DNA of 51,108 nucleotides from Perkinsus olseni (Eukaryota): NCBI GenBank assembly GCA_013115125.1, contig JABANN010000222.1, positions 1 to 51,108 of the forward strand, read 5' to 3'. Shown piece by piece: positions 29,649 to 40,549 of this stretch (position 1 is its first letter; each line of letters starts with the position of its first letter). The notes under the pieces were generated by a model. It saw only the letters and a program-made list of their open reading frames with translations, ran no database searches and was not told where the DNA came from. The position numbers and the translations under genes were made by a program.

Positions 29649-29961
29649 TAGTAAGATAGTAACTCTACCCCCGATGATGATGATGATGATGATGCTGTTA
29701 TTATCAACACAAGCCTGCCCCATCCTGATGTAATGCTACTACTATCACTACCACCTCTAGGGGTCCACTGCTGCCGGTGGTGGTGATAGTGATGGTGCTT
29801 AGATAATTATACGTTAATGATACTATACATTATACAATACTATGCTCATCATCCGGGCTGTAGGTGATACCATCGGTGTAGTCATGGTCATCATCATGGA
29901 GCATCCCCTCGTGGTTATTATGGTCCATCATCACCATCATGTAGTATGGTGGTGATCATCA

Positions 29962-31187
29962 TCATGAATCCAACCCATCCAGTATCCTGGCTAGATCTGC
30001 CTGATAGTCAAATCCGGTCAATCCTGCTGCTGCAGATCCTGTTGTTGCTGCTGTAGATCCTTCAACCACACCATCATTATTACCACCATCTTCCGGTATC
30101 GGGCCGTGTGCCTTCTCGAACTCTTGCCTGACACGAGTACAGCTCCCCTCCTCTCCTCGTTTCCCCCTCCTGTTATTACAGACTAATAGCCTTCCCCGAT
30201 TCGAGCGCCTTATTGAGCCTATTAGGATTCCTCTTACCCTCTACCTTCAGCTTCTGCCTTAGCTGTGCAGGGGTCTTAGTCGATCCAAACACAGTTGATA
30301 TTAACATCAGATCAGGGCCGTACCTGATGATGGGTGATGATGGGCAGCAGCAGCAGCAGCCACGAGGTGGTGTGGTTACTACATCTCTATGCCCTTGTAG
30401 AATAGGTTGGTATCCTCTTTAGACCACTTGCCACCTATAGACTTCTTATATGCATGCCTGTAGTTGTTCTGTCCAGATTCATCCTAAGACCACCATGCTA
30501 TACCCAAGGAGGCAGACCACCACTAACCGTCGCTACTACCCTAGTCTCCATCAACCGTAGGGTATCCCCGATAGTGTCGTTGCAGTGACCGTTATCCCGT
30601 CCATGCCCATCATCTCCTCTACCACCACTAACGTCATCAGCTGCCAGTACTATATTACCACTCTCATCAAACTTTAATTGTGGTAATAGAGTACCCCCAC
30701 CGCCATGGTCTGCTGACTGTGGGCCATGGTTACACCGTACTACCGTGTTGCTGTTATCAATACACGGTAGTAGCAACATATCATCAGGGTGTCCCTCCCC
30801 CCCTCCTCCTCCTGTCTCACCCTCCTCTTCTACTGTAGTAAACCCGGCACTTTTAATAATATCCCCGATGTTAGTGGTATGCTGGTCATTGTGATCCTTA
30901 TGCCTTTCCCTGCTAGTACTACTACTAGTACCAGCTGTTGTTGATAGACCAGTTGTTAGTATGGCACTGGCCTGGGGTGTATCCTCCCTCAACAACTGTG
31001 TCATACTCCTCAACCTTCTACCCAGCCTCCTTGCTATTGCCGTCTCACTAATACCACTCCTTCCATTCTTTGTATCATCATCAGCCTTCTTCTTACGACG
31101 TTTAGGGGGTGGTGTGAGAGGGGATGAGGATGAGGAGGAAGGGGAGGAAGAAGGAGTAGACGACATCTTGGACGACGACATCTTCAT
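29962..31187 (-). CDS. BDP1: TFIIIB subunit BDP1 (B double prime, SANT domain)
   Basis: PQLKFDESGNIVL and KWSKEDTNLFYKGIEMYGPDLMLISTVF..TPAQLRQKLKVEGKRNP..LNKAL. Confidence 0.8.
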
Positions 31188-31285
31188 TAAAGGCCAACTG
31201 TTACAACCATATCCACACCATGAACATTACCATAATCGTTCAGTGTTAAACGGCGGTGCGTTAAAGTGCGTTAAAACGTCACATT

Positions 31286-31297
31286 CGTCGCACGCCA
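31286..31297. promoter_or_regulatory. Putative strand-switch element CGTCGCACGCCA between divergent BDP1 and membrane-protein gene
   Basis: 11/12 identical to the element at 7116-7127; in a ~180 bp head-to-head spacer. Confidence 0.5.
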
Positions 31298-31365
31298 AGA
31301 TAATCGACGCATGATTGAGCGTCTTCATCGCCGACTGCGTGCATTCATTGCTCGTCAGTAGGATA

Positions 31366-32319
31366 ATGACATCATCATCATCCCTACCCCCTCCCCCTAG
31401 CACCCTGGACTCACCCCATCAGCAGCCTGCTGTTATCAAGATAACTAAACCACCCATTCTACCCATACTAGGTAGAGTTACCATATTATTCACAGTACTA
31501 TCATTATGCCTGTGTATTTCTGCCACATGGTGGTCCTTGGGCTACACTTGGATTATTGAACCAAAGCTGGATATAGTACCGTTGTATGAGTGTCCTGAGC
31601 TAGGGCAGACCTTCGTTAGTAGTAGCAGTGCTGGTGGAGGCTCTCCTGACGGACCTAGATGTCAGGTAACATCAGAGTGATAATAGTTACGATTGTTATG
31701 GTACGATAATATTTCTAGGTATCATTGCCATTGAAGGAGTCGTTCATGAAGATAATAGATGACGCTGGATTTGCAGTACCCGAGGGCCTTCCCATAGAGG
31801 AAAGGTAGCCTCCTTCCCCGACGACCTCACTCACCTCCACCGTGGACAGGCGTGGTAAATGTGTTATACCATCACAAGGGAAGAGGGAGGATGCCGAGAT
31901 TATATGTTATTCGTATGATACTTGTGGTGATGCATGTACCGAGAGAGGGACTAACAATAGATGTCCTGACCCTAGTACTCTAGAGGAGGAAGTACCCTTC
32001 AATGAGACACCACTGGAGTGTTCTGTCTACATGCGGGATGAAGATAATGATAACGCAGTGGTCATCATTGCTAACTGCATCGACGTCAAGGATGGGTCAT
32101 ATTGTAGGGGCTATAATCATCACTATCGTAGCAAATAACTATTATTTCTTTCACCTCCCTTCAGGTAATAACGTATACACGTTAACCCCGGCAAATGTTG
32201 TTACCATGAGAGGCCTTATCTGTGGCGTTGTCTTTATCACATTATTCTGGTTGGTAGCCGAGTTTATCCTCAGGTAATGAACTAACCATCGTGCTACTGA
32301 TACCATCACACTAGCGTCG

Positions 32320-32381
<62 letters not shown>

Positions 32382-33120
32382 GCTGTTTAGGTATGTTGAT
32401 ATCGGCTTACGCAGAGAGAAGGCTGAGGGGATGGCGAAGATGGCTATTGAACTACCCGCTAAGCGAAAGTATCCTTATGTCTTTTCAACTAAGACGAGTA
32501 AGGATGATGTTTTTGAGATACCTTCGAGCTCAGCTTGAGAGACGTTGGGATGAAGAAGCGATGCTGCAAGAGATGGAAGAAGGCCAGGAGGCCCGAGCTG
32601 AGGGATTCTACCATATATCTAGGGGAGACGCGCAGGCCTGCGAACCTCCATTGGCGCCCACGTGAGGTGTATCGGTTTACCAGATCTTCGACTCTGCCGG
32701 TATCCTATCGTGTCTTATTATCGCCCGATTAGTTCAGCTGGATAGAATGTCTGCCTACGGAGCAGATGGTCGTAGGTTCGAATCCTGCATCGGGTATTTT
32801 CAAGCTGCTTATCCTTGCTAGGCCTCCTCCGGCCGAAGGCGGATTCACCGAATCAGGAACATCATCATCACTGACATGTTCCATTACTCTCGCAAGTAGT
32901 GATAACGCCTCTCCCTTCCACCCATGTCGATCTCCTCACTGCAGACACTAACTATCAAACGCCTATGAAGTCTGGTAAGTCAAGTAACCAAACTCCCTAC
33001 CCTACTGCCGTACCATCACCAGTATCATCCACACCCTTCACGTTGAGTGCCATGTGGACGCCAGACCCAACCATCATAACAACAACGCAACTACCGCCGC
33101 CTCTGGGGTATGGATCATGA
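31366..33120 (+). CDS. Two-TM membrane protein with Cys-rich loop and Pro/Ser/Thr-rich tail; hosts tRNA-Arg in a predicted intron
   Basis: TM1 VTILFTVLSLCLCISATWWSLGY, Cys-rich loop, TM2 GLICGVVFITLFWLVAEFIL, charged helix; frame continues across GTGAGG...TTGCTAG (32662-32821). Confidence 0.6.
32319..32381. repeat. (TTG)n microsatellite in an intron
   Basis: Directly visible tandem repeat. Confidence 0.95.
32723..32796 (+). tRNA. tRNA-Arg(ACG)
   Basis: Full cloverleaf: acceptor GCCCGAT/ATCGGGT, D arm GTTC/GAAT, anticodon stem TCTGC/GCAGA with loop CTACGGA, T arm GTAGG-TTCGAAT-CCTGC, discriminator A. Confidence 0.95.
32797..32800 (+). terminator. Pol III oligo-T terminator of tRNA-Arg
   Basis: TTTT immediately after the discriminator base. 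Confidence 0.6.
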
Positions 33121-33227
33121 GCCCGGGATATCCGCTGTACTGTGTGTATTATTCCAGGCATCCTGATGTTGGCCCGCCACTGTGGAGCAGTAGGCAGTCG
33201 GTGTTGAGTGGTGATGTTGTTGTTGGT

Positions 33228-33905
33228 ATGACGAGTAGAGGCCACCATCACCACCCGAGGAAGAGATATGATAGCAACGCTTGGAGGAGGCGGATTAGAC
33301 AATGGAAGGAACTTAAAGCACAAAAGTTAACAACATATCGGAATAAGCAGCTATCGAGATCTGTAAGTGAGGTGGTTTAGTGTATCATTATAACACAGTA
33401 TCATGCATACCCGTAGTGGTGCTTGTCATCATCCCTAATATCCTCAGATACTACTCAACATATTCTTTATCCTCCTCATCACCCTCACCTTATTCCTGAT
33501 AATATACTTCTCACCTCAACAACTGAAGACACAGCGTACGGTAAGACTCACTATGGGCATGAAGACGATGATGAGTATCATCTTAGGCGTGGTAATACCT
33601 TCAGGTACTAGAAGCTGTTGTTGGTAATGTATCCATTTGGAATGTGTCTACGTGGTTGGATTTATTGATATTTGTTGATGTCCTATTGGACGTTATGTTA
33701 TTCCTCATCGCATGCATGATAGTCAAGTGGCCGAGTGCTCCTCTCTTCAGCCGTCACATACAGGTGGGCATGTAGATGATGATGCCAATCAGAGAAGTCA
33801 CTATTTCGTCATTATTAGGGAGTATTGAAGACAGCTGCGGAGGCAGAAGCTGCCAAGAATGTCAAACCAGCAGAACAACAGCATGGCGATGCTGGTATGA
33901 TCATC

Positions 33906-33964
<59 letters not shown>

Positions 33965-35935
33965 CCCAAACAACAACCCAAACAACAACAACAACCCAAA
34001 CAACAACAACAACAACAATCACGGGAATAGCGAAAGCTGCACCACTGGTGACGACGACGACGACGACGATGATGATTTGGAGTCCGCAATACCGAGTGAA
34101 GGATATGACGAGGATGAAGATGGTATAACCCATCACTCATCAGAATCATCGATAATGAATAGTGACACTAGTTCTTCCACGGATACTAAAAGCCTGGAAT
34201 TTGTAAGACTATCGTTATCTGCCATGCACGCTTCTCTGCTATGTTCTACCATCCTCAGGTATTGGAACAAAACATAACTAGTAATTGTTGTCTAATGATC
34301 GCTTGCCATCTTTCTACCATGACAAACGAACGCTATAGTACATTTACCAATACACTACGATCTGCTATGAACGTCTTCCCACCGAGTCATATCTTCGTCT
34401 GTGATAATGGACCTACACTGCAGCCGCAGGACCAGACACAATGGGCGGCGCAAGAGGTGGGCCGCATTACCAGTGACAATAGGCGATGATGATAAAGCAG
34501 GTACATCCTGATATAAATTATTTATACACTCCCGAGGGGAATAAGACGTTTGCTTTCTATTGGTGTAATAAATACTGGATACCATTCCTAGAGGCACATG
34601 ACAAGATACCACAGTTCACGTAGTATTATCGTCCTACTAATACTATGATACACTTTACCATAGCAGATATGCAGTGATAATTGATGATGATGTGCCCTTA
34701 CCACACGATCTACATATACCACAAGAACAGCTCACTAAGGATACAACAATAAAAGCTGTACTTCTCCTACTGCGTTAAGTATGATCATTACCACAACCAT
34801 GCTCAGGTGCACTTCCCTATTACTGCTGCATCTCCTGATGGTCATCCTAACCTTCTGGTAAAATGTCAAGATATCGAATACAAAATGGCAGCAGTCCATA
34901 AACTATTCCAAGCAACGATGGCTAGGTCAGGAATCGTGGCTCAGGATATTATGATAGTCATAAGCAAGAACACCATTATCAGGTGCCTGTCTTGTCATGG
35001 TGCTATAGCACTATGGGATCGCGAGGCGCTTGATGAGATATTCTATGAGCACGATACTGTATTTAATGGTGAAGATATGTGATAATCTATCCTAATCACT
35101 ATCATCCCTGCTCTTCATCATCATCATCATGATAGGTATATGGGTTTGTCACTCCTCCGTAAAAGAGATGATTCTAAGATAATATCATGCGCTCAAGCGA
35201 TAGTACCTACCTACGCACCTGATGCCTGGACGGTAGTACCATCAGCCTCAATGATTATCTTTACTACCGCAACTGCTGCTGCTACTCTCACTACCCGTGT
35301 TGTTGGCATTAGGTATTATTCCGTCAACGTGTTAAGTCATGGGAGTTAACTTCACATAAAAAAACATTCTCATATTTCTTTGAAGTCTTTCATCCATCAT
35401 CATTCTGTCATAAAGCTAGTCTAGCTTTGAAGCCATATTTCCTACAGGAGCTCCTAGCTGTCATATTAGATTGGCTAAGAGTATTCCTATTATGCGGACT
35501 ATTACTCCGTGATTGGCTAGGCCTCATTCTGATGACGTTAATATTCACTACCGTATTATACATAGCAGTAGCAATATTCCAACTTGTAGTCCTTCGTGAG
35601 AGGAAGGAGCTGCGATGCACTCTATGCACGTAATACCTTAATACTACTCAATCACTGAATCGCCATTGCTATCAGGTATCTCTTGTTCCCGTGGTACAGA
35701 CTTAATGGGCTACTCTTCCGTTTGGGAGCACTATGTCAGAACTTGCTGGTATATAGTCATGAGAGAACTAATATCAAAATAGGTGCGTAATGTATCCCCA
35801 CCGGCTGATGTTATGTTCTTTACAGGTGTACGTGAGGATGAGATTAGAGACATCCCGCCATGCCCACCGCACCCTGACATTGATTGGTTCACTGTATGGC
35901 AAGGAGATGATGACGATACTCATCAGTCGTCGTAA
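33228..35935 (+). CDS. Membrane-bound processive glycosyltransferase family 2 (polysaccharide-synthase-like); multi-exon, start uncertain
   Basis: N-terminal TMs, HIFVCDNG, GNKT, VIIDDDVPLP, QDIEYK, HGAIALWDR, GEDM, LFRQRVKSW, then several TM helices: D,D,D,QxxRW-like layout. Confidence 0.8.
33906..34018. repeat. (AAC)n microsatellite, poly-Asn within the GT2 coding frame
   Basis: Directly visible; interrupted by CCA codons. Confidence 0.9.
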
Positions 35936-36223
35936 CCCATGCTATCGTTATCGTATTACTTAAATCATTTTTGTATGTATATAATCAGTTGGTATTCTAC
36001 CATCATTATTATTGTGCTCCTAGGCTGTGCAGCATTTGATGATGATAGTGATTTTCATGGTTCATGGCCAGTAAGTTATGATCTCGCGATACAATCGTGT
36101 TGACTCGTCTTTTCACCCCGAATAAGTGTCGTTGTGTTAACCGTTGACATTAGTAGTAGGCTGTGGCATAGGTTATATCCCACACTGTATGTGCTACATA
36201 GCCCCGAGGGTGTACGGTTAGTT

Positions 36224-36322
36224 NNNNNNNNNNNNNNNNNNNNNNNNNNNNNNNNNNNNNNNNNNNNNNNNNNNNNNNNNNNNNNNNNNNNNNNNNNNNN
36301 NNNNNNNNNNNNNNNNNNNNNN
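36224..36322. other. Assembly gap (99 N) flanked by an identical 73-nt sequence
   Basis: 36150-36222 equals 36323-36395. Confidence 0.95.
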
Positions 36323-37072
36323 TTAGTAGTAGGCTGTGGCATAGGTTATATCCCACACTGTATGTGCTACATAGCCCCGAGGGTGTACGGTTAGTGGAAT
36401 CCCGAGAGTTCCGGATTCACTACAACCTATCAGTCGGAATGATTCATTCCGCTCATCATCTGTACGCGAGGACTCCTCGCCGAGGAGTAGTCGTCTACCA
36501 TAGCGAGATGAAGAGTTAGTCTTATTGGTGTTGGCTCTAGAAGACTTCTAGTCTTCTAGAGTGTTGCCCATAGTAATAACACGGATATGCTTTGCAAAGA
36601 GAACGAGTCACCCTTCAAATGGGTGACTGGAAACGGGTGAAATGGGTCCCATTTCCTCATTCGAGGAGGCCACCGCGTGATGTAGAGCGTGCCCGGGCGA
36701 TCATCCACCAATGTGACGGTTGATCGATCATGGGTGATGTGAGTGAACTCTCCCCATGAAGATGCACCTGCCATTCAGCTTTCACGTCTAAACTTTGCGA
36801 TATGGACAGCGGTTCAGTGAACGGACACTCACGTACGCTTGTGCGTGTCACGCACATGCCAATGTTGGCCTTCTCAATAAATTCACGTGTCTGTAGTCGC
36901 AGGTGTATTGCACTCACTGGGTAGTATCCTGATGGGCCATCAGTGATCGCGATTTACAGTAAATCATTCACTCCACACGCCACTGAAAGTTCTAGTCTAG
37001 AACGGAGTAAGATTATCTCTCGGATACTTTTGAGAACGAAATTCGCAACAGGAATTCAGAAACAGCGATCGG

Positions 37073-39031
37073 TCAAGCATGGACACTGAGTGACGGTATA
37101 AATTCCTGAATAAGGATTAAACTCAAGAAAGTTGTAAATAAGCCCTTACAATAGCGACAGTTGAAGCATCCTCCTCTATGAGAGTCGCATGGCCCCAGAA
37201 CTCCGGTACATGTAATACATCACCTAAGGAATGGTGCACGGCGCGAAACGACACCCGGGATGATGCGGCTACTCACCTGGTAACTGCTCAATCTCAACAA
37301 CATGATCTAGCTGTTGCCATGCCTTCCATTGACTCACTGATGGCTCATGCGACCAGAAGGCATACCGAGATGGCAGGAGGAGCCACCGTTTACGGCCGCA
37401 GAGGAGTAACTGAGGGGGTACGATGAGAGAGGATGAGTAGTGGTGCTACATTGAGGGCTGCATGATGGGTGTGCATCTGCGATCCAGCTCGACGCGGCCC
37501 GATACCAAACTGGGGATATCTAGCATAGGCGACCTTATCCCCACCTAACAGGGTTAGTAAGGCCTCTCCGTAGTATTTAATAAGGGGATGCTTGTGACCA
37601 AGGGTTGCATCAAAACCATACAGCGGTGCCTGAGATGTTATGCCTGGGGATCGAACCCACGACTTTGCGCTACCTGACTAGCGGAATCAGCACTGGCGTA
37701 CCGAAGGAGATACTCTGATAACCGAATGTTCTCTTGCCGGTGACTGAAAGATGAGGGGTCGCGGGTTCGATCCCCGCTAGTGGTATTTTCACCCGAGAAC
37801 TCCTCCATAAGGTATCTGCGATACTGTTAAACGTTGAGCGAGAAGGCTGCTATCGGGGATCGACTTGAAACCGCCCTCCCACACGAAGTCCGGCAGTAGT
37901 GATCGAAATATGACCTGCATGAGGTGATCCTTGGCTAACCATAGTAGTACAACGGTACTCACAGGCCTGTTCATGGCAAGGTAAGTATCCCAGTTTATTA
38001 GACGATCCTTGTTCAGTCTCAGAGGGTCGTATTCTACCGGAGTCGGATCGTGAATGGTACGCTCACCACCAAGAGACAAGAGAAAGTCGGACCTGACGAA
38101 TTTCACTACTCCGCCATATTTATCAACAATTATCACATTTCCGTCCAACCCCAGGCACTAGCAAGATCAGCGGGTGTCCGTCCATGACCATCCTTAGCCT
38201 GCAAGAGGCACCGAACCCGCTCCTCTCCACCCAATCGATTGGCTGCATCAATGAGCTTGTCGACAACCTGAATGAGATATGATTAGAATGCATAGACCTC
38301 CAGGTGACGGCCACCCTCTGGTTTCCTGCTGCAGCTGCTAAATGAATAGTGGCGGAGCCATTACGATCCCTCCTCTCCGCGTCCAAGTCCTCAGCGTTCA
38401 TTATCAAATCACAGGCATCCCCCTGCCACCTCCACAGCCCTTGCCGAACCTCCTCAGAGCTGACCGGGCCCGCTGGTCCGCCATCCTTGAGGAAGGTGTA
38501 TCTTCGAGGGACGATAAGCGACCCCCTCCCTTGGACCCCTTACCTACCCGTAGAGACCGTCGGCTTCTATCGGAGGTATCCTCATCGTCCCACTCATTAT
38601 TCTAAATGCGACGAATGTGTATTGTTATCACAACTCCGCGGGTACGCGTTAGCCTTGTGTCTAGGTGTAGCTAACAGAGCCGCCATAAGGGGAGTTCTGT
38701 TATCGATTGAGCTGTGATGGGAGGAGACGTAGAGAGCGTTGACGTCACGACCCTGTACAGCCTCTGGGAGATGAATAGAATGATGACTATCAATGGTAGT
38801 GCTGCCACGTTACTTCTATTGGGAACTATGGAGTTAGGGAGCCCTTGAGTGGGTCGAGAGAGATCTCGTAGAGCATGTAATGACGTAGTACGACGAACAT
38901 GGTGATGTATCTAACGATGATGCCAATAAGGTTGTCGACGAGCTGTGAGCGTTTATCAGTACTAGAGTGGCCCATCGTGGGGACCATACTGGCACAAGCC
39001 ATTGACGACATTTGCGTCGAAGGAAACTCAT
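37073..39031 (-). CDS. Ankyrin-repeat + JmjC (JMJD8-like, HxH..H) protein; multi-exon
   Basis: Ankyrin-like DVNA..RTPLMAA, RDRNGSATIHLAAAAG, KDGHGRTPADLA; JmjC IPYG..RLSEYL..PLYGFD, PQFGIGP..GSQMHTHHAALN.L.CGRKRW, EQLPGDVLHVPEFWGHATL. Confidence 0.8.
37646..37671 (-). pseudogene. tRNA-derived fragment (variable loop + T arm/B box) in intron 37630-37673
   Basis: Minus strand AGCGCAAAGTCGTGGGTTCGATCCCC; no D arm or acceptor pairing. Confidence 0.55.
37744..37789 (+). pseudogene. tRNA 3' half (anticodon-loop-like CTGAAAG through T arm, acceptor 3' strand, TTTT) filling intron 37744-37792 antisense
   Basis: CTGAAAG ATGAG GGGTC GCGGG TTCGATC CCCGC TAGTGGT A TTTT: perfect T stem and correct spacing, no 5' half upstream. 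Confidence 0.65.
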
Positions 39032-39190
39032 TAAAGGATGATGACTAATCTACAGGTAATCGGTGACTGAGGAGAGAGGGGTGGGGGGTGGTTCTGTAGG
39101 TTGTGACGAGGCTATCTGATACGAAGCCAGTCTGGCATGAGCTCCTCGTCCGTGGTTTATTTACTCCAATGTTATGATGCGCGATTTATG

Positions 39191-39202
39191 GGCGTGCGCT
39201 AC
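39191..39202. promoter_or_regulatory. Putative strand-switch element (GTAGCGCACGCC on minus strand)
   Basis: Between the minus-strand ankyrin-JmjC start (39031) and plus-strand ATG 39272; 11/12 identical to 21303-21314. Confidence 0.5.
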
Positions 39203-39271
39203 ATTTCGTGGCGCTGCTGCACAGGATTCGATCCGATCCGGCCAATCCTATCCCTCTATGGCGGCCTTGGC

Positions 39272-39406
39272 ATGATCCCATTGGAAGTGGTCCTGGCATT
39301 GATTGCAGTTTGGCTGGTGACTCCTACGCTGAGCCACCGTAGTCGTGCAGCGAGTAGTCGTGCTGATAATGAAGGAATGGCGATGATCGAGATGGATGGT
39401 GACTAA
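39272..39406 (+). CDS. Small putative secreted protein (first exon; 3' structure unresolved)
   Basis: Signal-peptide-like MIPLEVVLALIAVWLVTPTLS. Confidence 0.3.
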   Translation: MIPLEVVLALIAVWLVTPTLSHRSRAASSRADNEGMAMIEMDGD

Positions 39407-39605
39407 TACTCGAGGCAGTCTTCACATGATGCATGTAGTAACAGGAATGATAGTGATACACAGGGAGTTCTGGGTCTGTTGCTCGCTCCAGGTACTACAG
39501 GGCATGCTGCTCGTTATACTGTGACGTTATACCACGATGATCTTTGCTCGAGCTGCTTTGAGTTCTTATCCCATTCACTCCTCTTGTAGGCCCCTCCTCA
39601 TTAAA

Positions 39606-39746
39606 ATGCGTGTCTTCTTCATCAGCACTACCATCCTGCTCAGTATACTTACTCTGGCCGGTGGGGTGGAGTCCGGCATGAAAGCTGACATTGATGATCA
39701 AGGCCGAGTACAACCACAAACATTCGACTTTGCGGAAGGAGTATGA
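39606..39746 (+). CDS. Small putative secreted protein (3' structure unresolved)
   Basis: Signal-peptide-like MRVFFISTTILLSILTLAG, preceded by a pyrimidine-rich AG acceptor-like site. Confidence 0.35.
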   Translation: MRVFFISTTILLSILTLAGGVESGMKADIDDQGRVQPQTFDFAEGV

Positions 39747-39896
39747 TGGTGATAATCAGGGATGGTCCACTCCTTGACTGGAAGTAGAAGCAGCTCAGCA
39801 TGCTCATGCTCACTGCCATGTACTGTACACGAGTACTGATGTTGTTGTGTTGTAATACCCAATAGTCGAGGTTAGTTTTTCTTGTTATCATCGTTG

Positions 39897-40549
39897 ATGG
39901 CCGCCACCACCGCGACTACCATCCAGGAGTTCATAGGCAATGTAGTGACAAGGTTGGTACTGCTCGAGGCGAGTGTAGATCATCCAGTATTGTTATTGTA
40001 GTGTCGATGGTATCGATTCAATAACCATTGCCGATCGAGAGGGTGTTGAAATACTGTCTGGTAACCTATCACTCATTCAGTGCTGTAGTGACTCATCATT
40101 CATCGTGGTCAGCTCCATCGACCAAACCATCAAACGACGAACAGTCGGATGAGCAAATACTAACCACCATATTCTCACTTACCAGCGATCAGGTGGGGCA
40201 GTATGAGGAGTGTGCATATCCGCTGTTACCCCTAGCATCTTCAAGAAGCATGTGGTCATCATTATCATCATTTCAGTGTATGAAGCTGCCAGAGTTCGGT
40301 GCATGCTCGTTCGTACTTGCGGGCTATGCTGACGGCAAACAGTTGCTGCAGGCTACAGACAATCCTTTGGTTATCACCATCATGGCGGATGCTCAGAAGA
40401 TCGATCGGCGTAATGATGCTTATCATCGTCTTAGGTATCTGTTATTTACTCCCTCAGGTAATCTCCTCTCAGTACTGGATGATGTGAAGGTCTCTCTGAA
40501 GGAGCTGAGAATGTTATTTGATCAGCAGCAGCAACCACAGCACAATTGA
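39897..40549 (+). CDS. LAMTOR3: Ragulator subunit LAMTOR3 (MP1, roadblock fold); four introns
   Basis: Spliced: IQEFIGNVVTSVDGIDSITIADREGVEILS...ILTTIFSLTSDQCMKL...QLLQ...PLVITIMA...GNLLSV..L.ELR parallels LAMTOR3 (SVEGL..I..DRDGV; STF.LATDQ.SKL; PLVV.FIA). Confidence 0.8.

Noticed and set aside
29962-32796. Pol III factor BDP1 close to a tRNA gene
   Set aside because: A single proximity with no mechanistic support; likely chance
33776-34149. Poly-Q, poly-V, poly-L and poly-C ORFs in several frames
   Set aside because: All arise from the stop-free (AAC)n tract
36150-36395. 73-nt direct repeat flanking the N run
   Set aside because: Exact duplication on both sides of a scaffold gap is typical of unmerged contig overlap
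37919-37948. Minus-strand ACTACTA...CTCAT that could pair with the tRNA 3' half as a split-tRNA 5' piece
   Set aside because: No canonical D arm or A box, opposite strand, and ACTACTA is the ubiquitous local microsatellite
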